From a virus (Duplodnaviria > Caudoviricetes), in the IMG/VR virus record IMGVR_UViG_3300032081_000235, positions 1-32,240 of that record: a stretch of 32,240 bases of DNA; one strand, 5' to 3'. Numbering within the stretch: position 1 is the first letter of the stretch; each line of letters starts with the position of its first letter. The notes below the pieces were generated by a model, which was not told the DNA's origin, made no database searches, and worked only from the letters and a program-made list of their open reading frames with translations. Both the position numbers and the translations under genes were made by a program. Positions 8,706 through 16,973 of the stretch are shown piece by piece.

Positions 8706-8915
8706 ATGTTTAGAAAAACTAGCAAAATGTATGCAAATGGTGGAAAATCTAAAAAACCCGCAAAAAAAGGCGTGAAAATGCAATATGGCGGAGTTGCAGA
8801 AAAGAAAAAAACCAAAGGTATGCGTAACGGCGGTCTAATGAAATCTAAGGGTATGCGTAATGGCGGCCCAATGAAATCCAAGGGGTACAAAAAGGGCGGA
8901 AAGGCAAGTAAATAG
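8706..8915 (+). CDS. Small basic repeat protein made of five (M/Y)xxGG units
   Basis: RBS AGGAG. Units YANGG, MQYGG, MRNGG, MRNGG, YKKGG separated by Lys-rich spacers. Confidence 0.75.
   Translation: MFRKTSKMYANGGKSKKPAKKGVKMQYGGVAEKKKTKGMRNGGLMKSKGMRNGGPMKSKGYKKGGKASK
8814..8900 (+). repeat. 33-nt coding tandem repeat (2 copies plus a degenerate partial third)
   Basis: AAAGGTATGCGTAACGGCGGTCTAATGAAATCT / AAGGGTATGCGTAATGGCGGCCCAATGAAATCC / AAGGGGTACAAAAAGGGCGGA. Confidence 0.9.
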
Positions 8916-9595
8916 TGCCTTATTTGTATAGCAATATACCCCATTTTAAATGCTGGGTAAGGAGAGAGTACACCCATAACCACGGTAAATATCATGGTGA
9001 ATTTCTGCACGCTATGGCAGTTGGCGTTACGACCATGCCTTGCAGGTGTTTAAGTTTTCAAATGATTTTTACAGGTATAGAAGCGGAAGGAGAACCAGAA
9101 GACACAGTTCACGGTGGAGCTATGTGGGCTCGTATGCCTATTACAGCTTTGGTTGGGGATACTCCTTTTGAAGAGTGGCCAGAACCAATGGCTGTCCATG
9201 ATGCTCAACCTTGGGATTGTTCTTCGCATACACATGCAGTTTATGTAATTGATAGAGCAACACCATGTCCTTGGATGGCAAAGATAGATGGTCAATTTTT
9301 TCCTGCTAAATACATGTTTACAGTAGATTATGCCGAAAATGAAATAGCAGATGATCCCGCCCAACATAAACAAAGTCACGTACTAGAATTGTTAGATGCA
9401 GGTAAATGGACAGGAAATATTGTTGCTTTGCCTAACAATAGAGTTAGGGTAACGCACCCAGCTTGGTTTGAAACAGGTAGCGGTGCTCCAGACTTTAGGC
9501 CATCTGCACATATACATTATTCAAAATCTGATTTAGACTATACCTTAGATGTCAATAGAGTTTTTGATAACTTGTATAACGATACGGAGGAATAA
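8915..9595 (+). CDS. Conserved hypothetical globular protein, His/Cys/Trp-rich
   Basis: 226 aa, GTG start overlapping the previous stop (TAGTG). Confidence 0.7.
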   Translation: MPYLYSNIPHFKCWVRREYTHNHGKYHGEFLHAMAVGVTTMPCRCLSFQMIFTGIEAEGEPEDTVHGGAMWARMPITALVGDTPFEEWPEPMAVHDAQPWDCSSHTHAVYVIDRATPCPWMAKIDGQFFPAKYMFTVDYAENEIADDPAQHKQSHVLELLDAGKWTGNIVALPNNRVRVTHPAWFETGSGAPDFRPSAHIHYSKSDLDYTLDVNRVFDNLYNDTEE

Positions 9596-9720
9596 TGGCA
9601 GAACTAACAGTTGCACAAAAAAGAAAATTAGTTAGTGCATTAAAAAAAGCTTCTAAATCTCATCTTGCACAAGCAAAAATTATTGAAAAAAGTCTTAAAA
9701 CAACAAAGCGTAAAAAATAA
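9595..9720 (+). CDS. Small basic helical protein, 41 aa (not in ORF track)
   Basis: MAELTVAQKRKLVSALKKASKSHLAQAKIIEKSLKTTKRKK. RBS GGAGG at 9586-9590. TAATG overlaps at both ends exactly fill the gap. Confidence 0.8.
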   Translation: MAELTVAQKRKLVSALKKASKSHLAQAKIIEKSLKTTKRKK

Positions 9721-10391
9721 TGGCAACGTCAAGCAGTACAGATTTTGAGCCAAACGTAGCTGAGTTTGTAGAGGAAGCATTTGAAAGATGCGGCCTAGAA
9801 CTTAGAACTGGTTATGACCTAAAAACAGCTAGAAGATCAATCAATTTAATGTTAGCTGAGTGGGCTAATCGCGGTTTAAACCAATGGACAATAGAGCAAG
9901 CAACGCAAACTGTTACAGAAGGAACAAGTAGTTATTCTTTAAATTCTAATGTAATTGATATATTAGATATGGTTGTTAGGCGTACTGTTAATTCAACTGA
10001 AACAGATATTTCTATGGATCGCTTGAGCAGAAGCCAATATATTAATATTCCAAACAAAACAACCAAAGCAAGGCCTTCTCAATTCTTTTTTGATAAATTA
10101 TCAACGCCAGCTATAAAAGTATGGCCAGCCCCAGAAAACTCTACAGACGTATTGGTTTTTAATAAAATTGTAAGAATGGATGATGCAGATAAAGCAACGA
10201 ATACAATGGATATGCCGTTTAGATTTTACCCTTGTTTTGCTGCTGGATTGGCTTATTACATTTCTATGAAAAGAGCTCCAGATAGATCTGCTTTATTAAA
10301 ACAATCATATGAAGAAGAATTTCAAAGAGCCATGTCTCAAGATGAAGACAGAGCATCTTTTAGAATTAGACCTTATATAGCAGGATTATAA
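9720..10391 (+). CDS. Probable head-tail adaptor / tail tubular protein
   Basis: 223 aa, alpha-beta-alpha layout (ARRSINLMLAEW ... KVWPAP ... GLAYYI) typical of podophage adaptor proteins. Confidence 0.65.
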   Translation: MATSSSTDFEPNVAEFVEEAFERCGLELRTGYDLKTARRSINLMLAEWANRGLNQWTIEQATQTVTEGTSSYSLNSNVIDILDMVVRRTVNSTETDISMDRLSRSQYINIPNKTTKARPSQFFFDKLSTPAIKVWPAPENSTDVLVFNKIVRMDDADKATNTMDMPFRFYPCFAAGLAYYISMKRAPDRSALLKQSYEEEFQRAMSQDEDRASFRIRPYIAGL

Positions 10392-10392
10392 A

Positions 10393-10716
10393 ATGGCTTA
10401 CGCAAGCGCTAAATTTGCAATCGCTCTTTGCGATAGGTGTGGTTTTCAATATAAATTACTAGACCTTAAAAAAGAATGGAATGGTTTAAAAACTTGCCCA
10501 GAATGTTTTGAATCTAAACATCCGCAATTAAACCCGCATACCGCACCTTCAGATCCTCAAGCTTTATATGACCCAAGACCAAATAATGACAAAGAATTAG
10601 GTGAAGGGTTTATAGTTGTCGTGGATAATAATTTTATGAACCCAGCAAACGTTGGATCAAATTTTACAGTAACTGAAATGACAGCAAGTGTTGGAGCAGT
10701 TACAATAACAGTATGA
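10393..10716 (+). CDS. Zn-ribbon protein
   Basis: CDRCG...CPEC followed by KHPQL and DPRP. Confidence 0.65.
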   Translation: MAYASAKFAIALCDRCGFQYKLLDLKKEWNGLKTCPECFESKHPQLNPHTAPSDPQALYDPRPNNDKELGEGFIVVVDNNFMNPANVGSNFTVTEMTASVGAVTITV

Positions 10717-11387
10717 CTTTAACCGAACTAAAAACTCTTATACAAAATTACGTTGAAAACGACGAAACAACTTTTGTTGCTACGTTAAACGATATGATTG
10801 AAATTGCAGAGGAAAGACTTTTTGAGTTAATTCAATTTGATTTTTTTAGAAAAAACGTAACAGGAAATTTAACAACTGGAAATACTTACTTAACAGCTCC
10901 GTCTGATTTTAAAATGAGTTTTTCTTTAGCTATTATAGACAGCAGCAGCGATTATCATTATCTAGATAAAAAACATCCTAGTTTTATGCGGGAGTATTCT
11001 AACGATGCTTCAACAAGCTCAGAAAGAGGAAGGCCTTTATATTATGCAGATTTTGATAAAGAACTTTCTACGGCTTCTAGTAATGGATCTACTTTAATTG
11101 TTTCTCCAGTCCCAGATGCTGATTATTCGGTTGAGCTACATTATCTATATAAGCCATCAAGCTTAACTTCTTCAACAACAGGTACTTGGCTTTCTCAAAA
11201 TGCAAAAAATGCTTTGCTTTACGGTAGTTTAATTGAAGCCTACACATTTATGAAAGGTGAGCCAGAGCTAATTACTTTATACGAAACTAGATTTAATCAA
11301 GAGGTGGCTAGATTAAAAAATTTAGCGGAAGCAAGAGGCAGAAAAGACGAATACAGATATGATTCTTTAAGAAGTCAAATTAGTTAA
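10713..11387 (+). CDS. Second adaptor-like tail protein
   Basis: 224 aa; IEIAEERL...SPVPDADYSVELHY...LLYGSLIEAY. ATGA overlap with the previous gene. Confidence 0.6.
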   Translation: MTLTELKTLIQNYVENDETTFVATLNDMIEIAEERLFELIQFDFFRKNVTGNLTTGNTYLTAPSDFKMSFSLAIIDSSSDYHYLDKKHPSFMREYSNDASTSSERGRPLYYADFDKELSTASSNGSTLIVSPVPDADYSVELHYLYKPSSLTSSTTGTWLSQNAKNALLYGSLIEAYTFMKGEPELITLYETRFNQEVARLKNLAEARGRKDEYRYDSLRSQIS

Positions 11388-11405
11388 ATTTAAAATGGAG
11401 AAGAT

Positions 11406-12131
11406 ATGGAGCCAATTCAAGAGCTAAAAGGCGCTACCGTAGCTATTGTAGCTTTAGGAAACAGTTGGTTTGATTACAATTTAGCAAAATCACACGGCAC
11501 TTATTTTGATGAGGTTTGGGCTATTAATTCAGTAGCATCTGTTATATTCCACGATAGAGTTTTTATGATGGATCCTGCTAGTCGTTTTTATGATACTGAG
11601 AATGCAGGAAATCAAACAAGTGGAATGCTTGATGTTTTAGAAAATGGCAATAAACCTATCTACACTTGCGAGCTAGACGAGCGTTGCGATAACTTAGTAG
11701 AATATCCAATTAACGAAGTTTTAGCCTCTTTAAATTGTCACTATCTAAATAATACAGTTGCTTATGCAGTAGCTTTTGCTGTTTGGAATAATGTAGGCCA
11801 GATAAATATGTATGGTGTAGATTTTAGCTATAAAGGAAATTTACACTTTGCAGAATCTGGAAGAGCATGTGTAGAGTATTGGTTAGCCAAAGCAAGCGAT
11901 TTGGGTATACAAATTGGTATTGCAGGATCTAGCGGATTATTAGATACGAACGTTCCTGATGATGAAAAGTTATATGGCTATCATCGTTTAGATGATCCAA
12001 TGATTGTAGTTCAAGAAAAAAATAAATTAATTGCAAAAAAATCTAGCGAAAAAATTACAAACAAACATCAGTTTGAACCAACTTTAATTGGTAGAAATGA
12101 TGAGCATTTAAGGGAGCCTAAAAAATGGTAG
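11406..12131 (+). CDS. Rossmann-like transferase (GT29/DUF115-MptE-like fold), function uncertain
   Basis: VAIVALGNS ... EVWAIN ... DRVFMMD ... INMYGVDF pattern. RBS GGAG. Confidence 0.5.
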   Translation: MEPIQELKGATVAIVALGNSWFDYNLAKSHGTYFDEVWAINSVASVIFHDRVFMMDPASRFYDTENAGNQTSGMLDVLENGNKPIYTCELDERCDNLVEYPINEVLASLNCHYLNNTVAYAVAFAVWNNVGQINMYGVDFSYKGNLHFAESGRACVEYWLAKASDLGIQIGIAGSSGLLDTNVPDDEKLYGYHRLDDPMIVVQEKNKLIAKKSSEKITNKHQFEPTLIGRNDEHLREPKKW

Positions 12132-12424
12132 ATAAGTTAACGCCTGGTGGATTGCCAGAGCTTGGAGTGGTAGAAATAGCAACAACAAATTTTGGAGGCC
12201 ATCCCCCCGAGTTTTGGGCTAAACAATTAACTGAAAAAATAGTTGGCTATTCTGATGAAAATGAACAACATATAAAAGACCAGGCTAGAGCTTACAAAGA
12301 TTTAATTTATAAAGTTTGTTTGATATATATTCAAAATGCTATAAAATCTTATAAAGCATCTTTGATTCAAGAATTAACTCAAGGAGATGCTGAAGATTTG
12401 GCAAAAATAATCAAAGGTATTTGA
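12125..12424 (+). CDS. Hypothetical protein
   Basis: 99 aa with GGHPPEFWA motif; overlaps the previous gene. Confidence 0.6.
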   Translation: MVDKLTPGGLPELGVVEIATTNFGGHPPEFWAKQLTEKIVGYSDENEQHIKDQARAYKDLIYKVCLIYIQNAIKSYKASLIQELTQGDAEDLAKIIKGI

Positions 12425-12425
12425 A

Positions 12426-12854
12426 ATGGCAATTACATCAACATTAACAACCAGCTTTAAAAAAGAATTATTAGAGGCTGTCCACAACTTTAAAAATTCT
12501 GGTGGGGACACTTTTAAACTAGCTCTTTATACTAGCTCGGCAACAATTGGTGCTGCAACAACAGCATTTGTTACAACTGGACAAGCAACTGGAACTAACT
12601 ATACTTCTGGTGGAGCAAATTTAACAAGAGTAGACCCAACCTCATCAGGAACAACAGGTTTTACTGATTTTGCAGATTTAACGTTTGGAACCGCTACAGT
12701 TACTGCTAGAGGTTGTATGATTTACAACTCTAGCGACAGCAATAAATCAGTTGCTTGTATTGACTTTGGTGGAGACAAAACATCAACAGCAGGAGACTTT
12801 ACAATTGTATTCCCAGCGGCAGCAGCCAGTACAGCGATTATAAGAATCGCCTAG
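12426..12854 (+). CDS. Putative tail/fibre-attachment structural protein
   Basis: 142 aa, Thr/Ala/Gly-rich; FKLALYTSSA, DFGGDKTST motifs. Confidence 0.6.
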   Translation: MAITSTLTTSFKKELLEAVHNFKNSGGDTFKLALYTSSATIGAATTAFVTTGQATGTNYTSGGANLTRVDPTSSGTTGFTDFADLTFGTATVTARGCMIYNSSDSNKSVACIDFGGDKTSTAGDFTIVFPAAAASTAIIRIA

Positions 12855-12860
12855 CCTTAA

Positions 12861-13394
12861 ATGGCTAATATAACAGGTTGGGGTCGGGGCACGTGGGGTC
12901 AACTTACGTGGGGCGAGCCACTTCCAGTTACGCTTACAGCTCCAGGAGCAGGAACATCTGCTTTAGGTACAGTTGCGGTTGATGCAGAAGCAAATGTAAC
13001 ACCCGCATCTCAAGTAGGAACAACAGGAGCTCCTCAAGCTGGAGTAAATGCTCAAGCAATAGCTTCTGTAGCAGGACTTGTAGGAACATTAGGTTCTGTA
13101 TCGGTTGAAGTAGATGGTGAAGCCAACGTAACACCTACAGGACAAGCTGGGACATCCGCTCTTGGAACTGCAACAACCGTTTCAAACAACAATTTATCTG
13201 TTACACTAAATGCTGCAACTGGATCTTTGGGAACAGTTACCACAGATGCAGCAGCAAACGTTTATCCAACTGGACAAAGCGCTACAGGATCAGTAGGAAC
13301 AGTTTTGATATGGTCACGTATTGATGAAAGCCAAACTCCAAACTATACTACTATAACAGACACTCAAACTCCCAATTGGGAGGCAGTTGCGTAA
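12861..13394 (+). CDS. Putative fibre-like structural protein with repeats
   Basis: GWGRGTWGQLTWG N-terminus, repeated (D/E)ANVxPxGQxGTSALGT units. Confidence 0.6.
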   Translation: MANITGWGRGTWGQLTWGEPLPVTLTAPGAGTSALGTVAVDAEANVTPASQVGTTGAPQAGVNAQAIASVAGLVGTLGSVSVEVDGEANVTPTGQAGTSALGTATTVSNNNLSVTLNAATGSLGTVTTDAAANVYPTGQSATGSVGTVLIWSRIDESQTPNYTTITDTQTPNWEAVA

Positions 13395-13410
13395 AAATAA
13401 GAGGTAAATA

Positions 13411-15732
13411 ATGGCAAGCACATATGTAAATGATCTCAGACTAAATGAGATGGCCACAGGAGATGGTTCGGGTACTTGGGGTACAACAACCAATACAAAT
13501 TTAGAATTAATCGGCGAAGCTTTGGGTTATGGAACAGAAGCTATAACTACCAACGCTGATACTCATACTTCAACTATTGCAGATGGAGCAACTGATCCAG
13601 TTAGGGCTATGTATGTTAAATATACAGGCACTTTAGATTCAGCTTGCACCATTACCATAGCTCCCAATACTGTAAACAGAATGCACTTTATAGAAAATGG
13701 AACAAGTGGATCTCAAAATATTATTATTTCTCAAGGCTCTGGAGCCAATGTAACAATACCTCCAGGCGATACAAAAGCAGTTTATTTAGATGGAGCAGGT
13801 AGTGGAGCAGCAGTTGTTGATGCTTTTGCCAGTCTTAGTGTTGTAGATTTAAAAGTACAAGATGATTTAACTATAACTGATGATCTCACTTTTAGTTCTG
13901 ACTCAGCAGTTGTAACTTTTGGAGCAGATGGAGATACCACTCTTACTCATACAGATGGAACAGGATTAACATTAAATTCAACTAATAAACTTTGTTTTAA
14001 TGATGCTAGTCAATTTGTACAAGGCTCAAGTGCAACTGTACTAAGTTTAGGTGCAACAGACGAAATAGATTTAACTGCAACAGCTATAGATATTAATGGA
14101 ACTTTAGATGTTTCAGGACAGGCTACTTTTGCCGATGGTTCAGCAGGAGCACCTAGTATTAGTAATACAGGCGATGTCAACGCAGGATTATTCTTTAGTG
14201 CAGCAGATGTAATGTCGTTTAGTGCAGGTGGTACTGCTCAGTTCACTATGGCAGATGGTTCAATCTCTCCAGTAACAGATAACGATATTGACCTAGGTAC
14301 AGCTAGTTTAAAATATAAAAGTTTTTTTGCAGGTCTTGTAGATTCTGAAAACTTTAAAGTAAATGGTGGACAAGGTAGTGATGGACAAGTGCTTACCTCA
14401 ACAGGAAGTGGTGTAGCTTGGGAAGATGCTGCAAGTGGAGCAAGTTCTATTAATGATTTATCAGATGCCAAAACATTTGGTACTTCCTCCATTATGCTTG
14501 GCGATGCTACTACAGGCACGATTAGTGGTGCTAATTATAATGTTGGTTTGGGTGTAGATGTTTTTTCATCTTTAACTTCAGGCGATTCTAATGTTGCCAT
14601 CGGTTTCGATGCAGCAGACACCCTTACAACTGGAAGTTTTAATATTGCCATCGGAACAGACTCACTAGGAGCAGCAGGTGCAGGTGTAGCAAATAATGTA
14701 ATGATTGGTTATAACACAGGAAGTGGATTAACTGGTGATGGAAATGTTGCTATTGGACACACAGCTTTTGATGCGGCAGGTGATAGAGATGATTGTGTAG
14801 CTATAGGTAATGGAGCAGCAACGACACTTACAACTGGAAGTCACAATATTGCTATTGGTACTTCTGCTCTTGGTCTTGCAACAGATGCACATTCAAATGT
14901 TGCTATTGGATTTTTAGCAGCATCGTCATTAGCAACAGGAGCAGTTTATGCAACAAGAAACAATATAGCTATTGGTAGAGAAGCCTTAGAAAATCAAGTA
15001 ACACAAGAAGATAATATTGCTATCGGTTATAACGCATTAGGAACAGGTAATAGTGTGTCTAATTCACAACTTACAGTTATAGGCTCACAAGCAGGAAATG
15101 CAGCTCACGCTGCTTATGGTGGTACTTATGTTGGCTATCAAGCAGGAAGTGTAGTTACAAGTGGAGTCCATAATACTTTTATAGGTAGAGAAGCAGGAGA
15201 TATAACAACTACAGGCGATAGAAATATTATGATAGGTGTTAATGCTAATGGAGACGATTCAGCAGCTTACAGATGCATAGTGATTTCCACATATGAAAAT
15301 ACAGGTAAAGGCGATGCTACATTTTTTATTTCAGCAGGAACAGGTAGTGGAAATGGCTATCAAGGTAACAACTCATCAGCTTGGGCTACAACATCAGATA
15401 GAAGAATTAAGAAAAATATTGTAGATAACAATGTTGGTTTGGAAAAGATAAAACAAATTCAAGTTAAAAACTTTGAGTATAGAACGAAAGATGAAATTAC
15501 AGACTGGACAGGTCGTGCTGTAGACTCAGTAACAATAGAAAAAGAAGGCACACAACTTGGAGTAATTGCACAAGAAATACAAGAAATACTACCTGATGTT
15601 GTACAGGAAAGAGAGAATGGGTGTTTAAGCGTTGATTCTGATAATATAACTTGGTATTTAGTAAATGCTGTAAAACAACAACAAACAATAATAGACGATT
15701 TAAAGTCAAGAATAGAAGCACTAGAGGATTAA
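13411..15732 (+). CDS. Tail fibre/spike with NxAIG beta-helix repeats and C-terminal peptidase S74 intramolecular chaperone
   Basis: Many N(V/I)AIG repeats at about 14-aa spacing; TSDRRIKKNI autocleavage motif, GVIAQEIQEILPDVV, terminal coiled coil. Confidence 0.88.
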   Translation: MASTYVNDLRLNEMATGDGSGTWGTTTNTNLELIGEALGYGTEAITTNADTHTSTIADGATDPVRAMYVKYTGTLDSACTITIAPNTVNRMHFIENGTSGSQNIIISQGSGANVTIPPGDTKAVYLDGAGSGAAVVDAFASLSVVDLKVQDDLTITDDLTFSSDSAVVTFGADGDTTLTHTDGTGLTLNSTNKLCFNDASQFVQGSSATVLSLGATDEIDLTATAIDINGTLDVSGQATFADGSAGAPSISNTGDVNAGLFFSAADVMSFSAGGTAQFTMADGSISPVTDNDIDLGTASLKYKSFFAGLVDSENFKVNGGQGSDGQVLTSTGSGVAWEDAASGASSINDLSDAKTFGTSSIMLGDATTGTISGANYNVGLGVDVFSSLTSGDSNVAIGFDAADTLTTGSFNIAIGTDSLGAAGAGVANNVMIGYNTGSGLTGDGNVAIGHTAFDAAGDRDDCVAIGNGAATTLTTGSHNIAIGTSALGLATDAHSNVAIGFLAASSLATGAVYATRNNIAIGREALENQVTQEDNIAIGYNALGTGNSVSNSQLTVIGSQAGNAAHAAYGGTYVGYQAGSVVTSGVHNTFIGREAGDITTTGDRNIMIGVNANGDDSAAYRCIVISTYENTGKGDATFFISAGTGSGNGYQGNNSSAWATTSDRRIKKNIVDNNVGLEKIKQIQVKNFEYRTKDEITDWTGRAVDSVTIEKEGTQLGVIAQEIQEILPDVVQERENGCLSVDSDNITWYLVNAVKQQQTIIDDLKSRIEALED

Positions 15733-15734
15733 AA

Positions 15735-15998
15735 ATGGCAAATGATTTTACAGCAACAAAATGGTATGGAATCGCAGATGATTCTGTTAATTTAATTAAT
15801 GGAGTTAATGCAGGAACTTGGACAAAAAATGATTTTGCAAATCTTACTCAACAAGAAAAAAACGATATGATGCAAAGAAATGTAGATGCTTTGACACTTA
15901 TTTTACAACAAGAAGTCGTTATAGATGATTCAGGCAGTAAGACTAGTTACACCACAGCTATTACAACAGCAGAAACTTATATTAGCAACAATTCATAA
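15735..15998 (+). CDS. Hypothetical protein, probable tail-fibre partner
   Basis: Start re-assigned to ATG 15735 (RBS GAGG, directly after the fibre stop); 87 aa. Confidence 0.6.
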   Translation: MANDFTATKWYGIADDSVNLINGVNAGTWTKNDFANLTQQEKNDMMQRNVDALTLILQQEVVIDDSGSKTSYTTAITTAETYISNNS

Positions 15999-16010
15999 AA
16001 GGAGAGATAG

Positions 16011-16217
16011 ATGGCTAAAGATAGTGACAAAACAAAAGAAGTTGAACTTTCAGAAAAACAACAATACATACAGTTGCAGTTAAATGATCTTGCAAACAAA
16101 GAGAAAAATCTTATGTTTCAATTAGATCAAATAAAAGCATCTCAACAAGTTTTTAATCAAGCATTTGTAGAGGCTTCAAAAGAAGTAGCTGAAGAAGCTT
16201 TAGAAGAAAAGGAGTAA
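16011..16217 (+). CDS. Small coiled-coil protein (fibre assembly chaperone-like)
   Basis: RBS AGGAG; 68 aa heptad pattern. Confidence 0.6.
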   Translation: MAKDSDKTKEVELSEKQQYIQLQLNDLANKEKNLMFQLDQIKASQQVFNQAFVEASKEVAEEALEEKE

Positions 16218-16220
16218 ATT

Positions 16221-16328
16221 GTGGATATATTAATATCATTAATAATAGTAACAATAGTTTTGGCTTGGTCTGTAAAAAGATTTAAACCTGAACTTTGGGA
16301 TAAAGTTACATCTAAACTCAAGAAGTAA
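16221..16328 (+). CDS. 35-aa single-TM membrane peptide (not in ORF track)
   Basis: GTG start 6 nt after AGGAG; MDILISLIIVTIVLAWSVKRFKPELWDKVTSKLKK. Fills the gap between neighbours. Confidence 0.65.
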   Translation: MDILISLIIVTIVLAWSVKRFKPELWDKVTSKLKK

Positions 16329-16329
16329 C

Positions 16330-16533
16330 ATGTCTTGGTGGAAAAAAGTAGTACATTTTTTTACGCCTCTTAGTTCAGCAGAACTACCCAATCCTCTTAA
16401 AGAGGAAATGGAAACGGTTAGAGCTAGGAATAAAAATGGCAGATATGTGGCTGACGATCCCAGCACTCCAAATAAAAATGAGGCTTATACAAAAGTTCCA
16501 AAGAAAAGAGGCCGACCTCGTAAGAAAAAATAA
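16330..16533 (+). CDS. Small protein with C-terminal AT-hook
   Basis: Ends PKKRGRPRKKK. TAATG-coupled to the nuclease gene. Confidence 0.7.
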   Translation: MSWWKKVVHFFTPLSSAELPNPLKEEMETVRARNKNGRYVADDPSTPNKNEAYTKVPKKRGRPRKKK

Positions 16534-16973
16534 TGTATGAGTATAGTTGCCAAGTCACTAGGGTGGTTGATGGTGACACTATTGACGCTGATCTGGATCT
16601 CGGTTTTAATATTCATCATAAGTGTCGCGTACGTTTATACGGTATTGACACTCCCGAGTCGAGAACTCGCGACAAAGACGAAAAGGCTAGAGGTAAGCTA
16701 GCTGCTAAGTTTTTACAAGACGCTATATCAAATAGCAAGCACGTCATCTTACAGACGCAATTAAAAGACTCTAAAGGAAAATTTGGCAGAGTTTTGGCAT
16801 CAGTTATAGTAGATGGAATAGATATTAACCAGCAAATGATTGAAAAATATATGGCGGTTAAATATACAGGCCAAAGCAAACATGAAATTAAATTAGAGCA
16901 TATGAATAATAGAACTAAATTAATTGAACTAGGAGTTTATAAACCAGATGGACAAGGAGCAAAAACAGCATGA
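16533..16973 (+). CDS. Thermonuclease (staphylococcal nuclease-like, SNase)
   Basis: RVVDGDTI, RVRLYGIDTPE and GKFGRVLA catalytic motifs; no signal peptide. Confidence 0.92.
   Translation: MYEYSCQVTRVVDGDTIDADLDLGFNIHHKCRVRLYGIDTPESRTRDKDEKARGKLAAKFLQDAISNSKHVILQTQLKDSKGKFGRVLASVIVDGIDINQQMIEKYMAVKYTGQSKHEIKLEHMNNRTKLIELGVYKPDGQGAKTA

Noticed and set aside
8814-8900. 33-nt repeats as a mini CRISPR array
   Set aside because: No spacers; the repeats are in-frame with mostly synonymous differences, so this is a coding repeat.
13411-15732. Diversity-generating retroelement acting on the tail fibre
   Set aside because: No reverse transcriptase and no template/variable repeat pair seen in the window.
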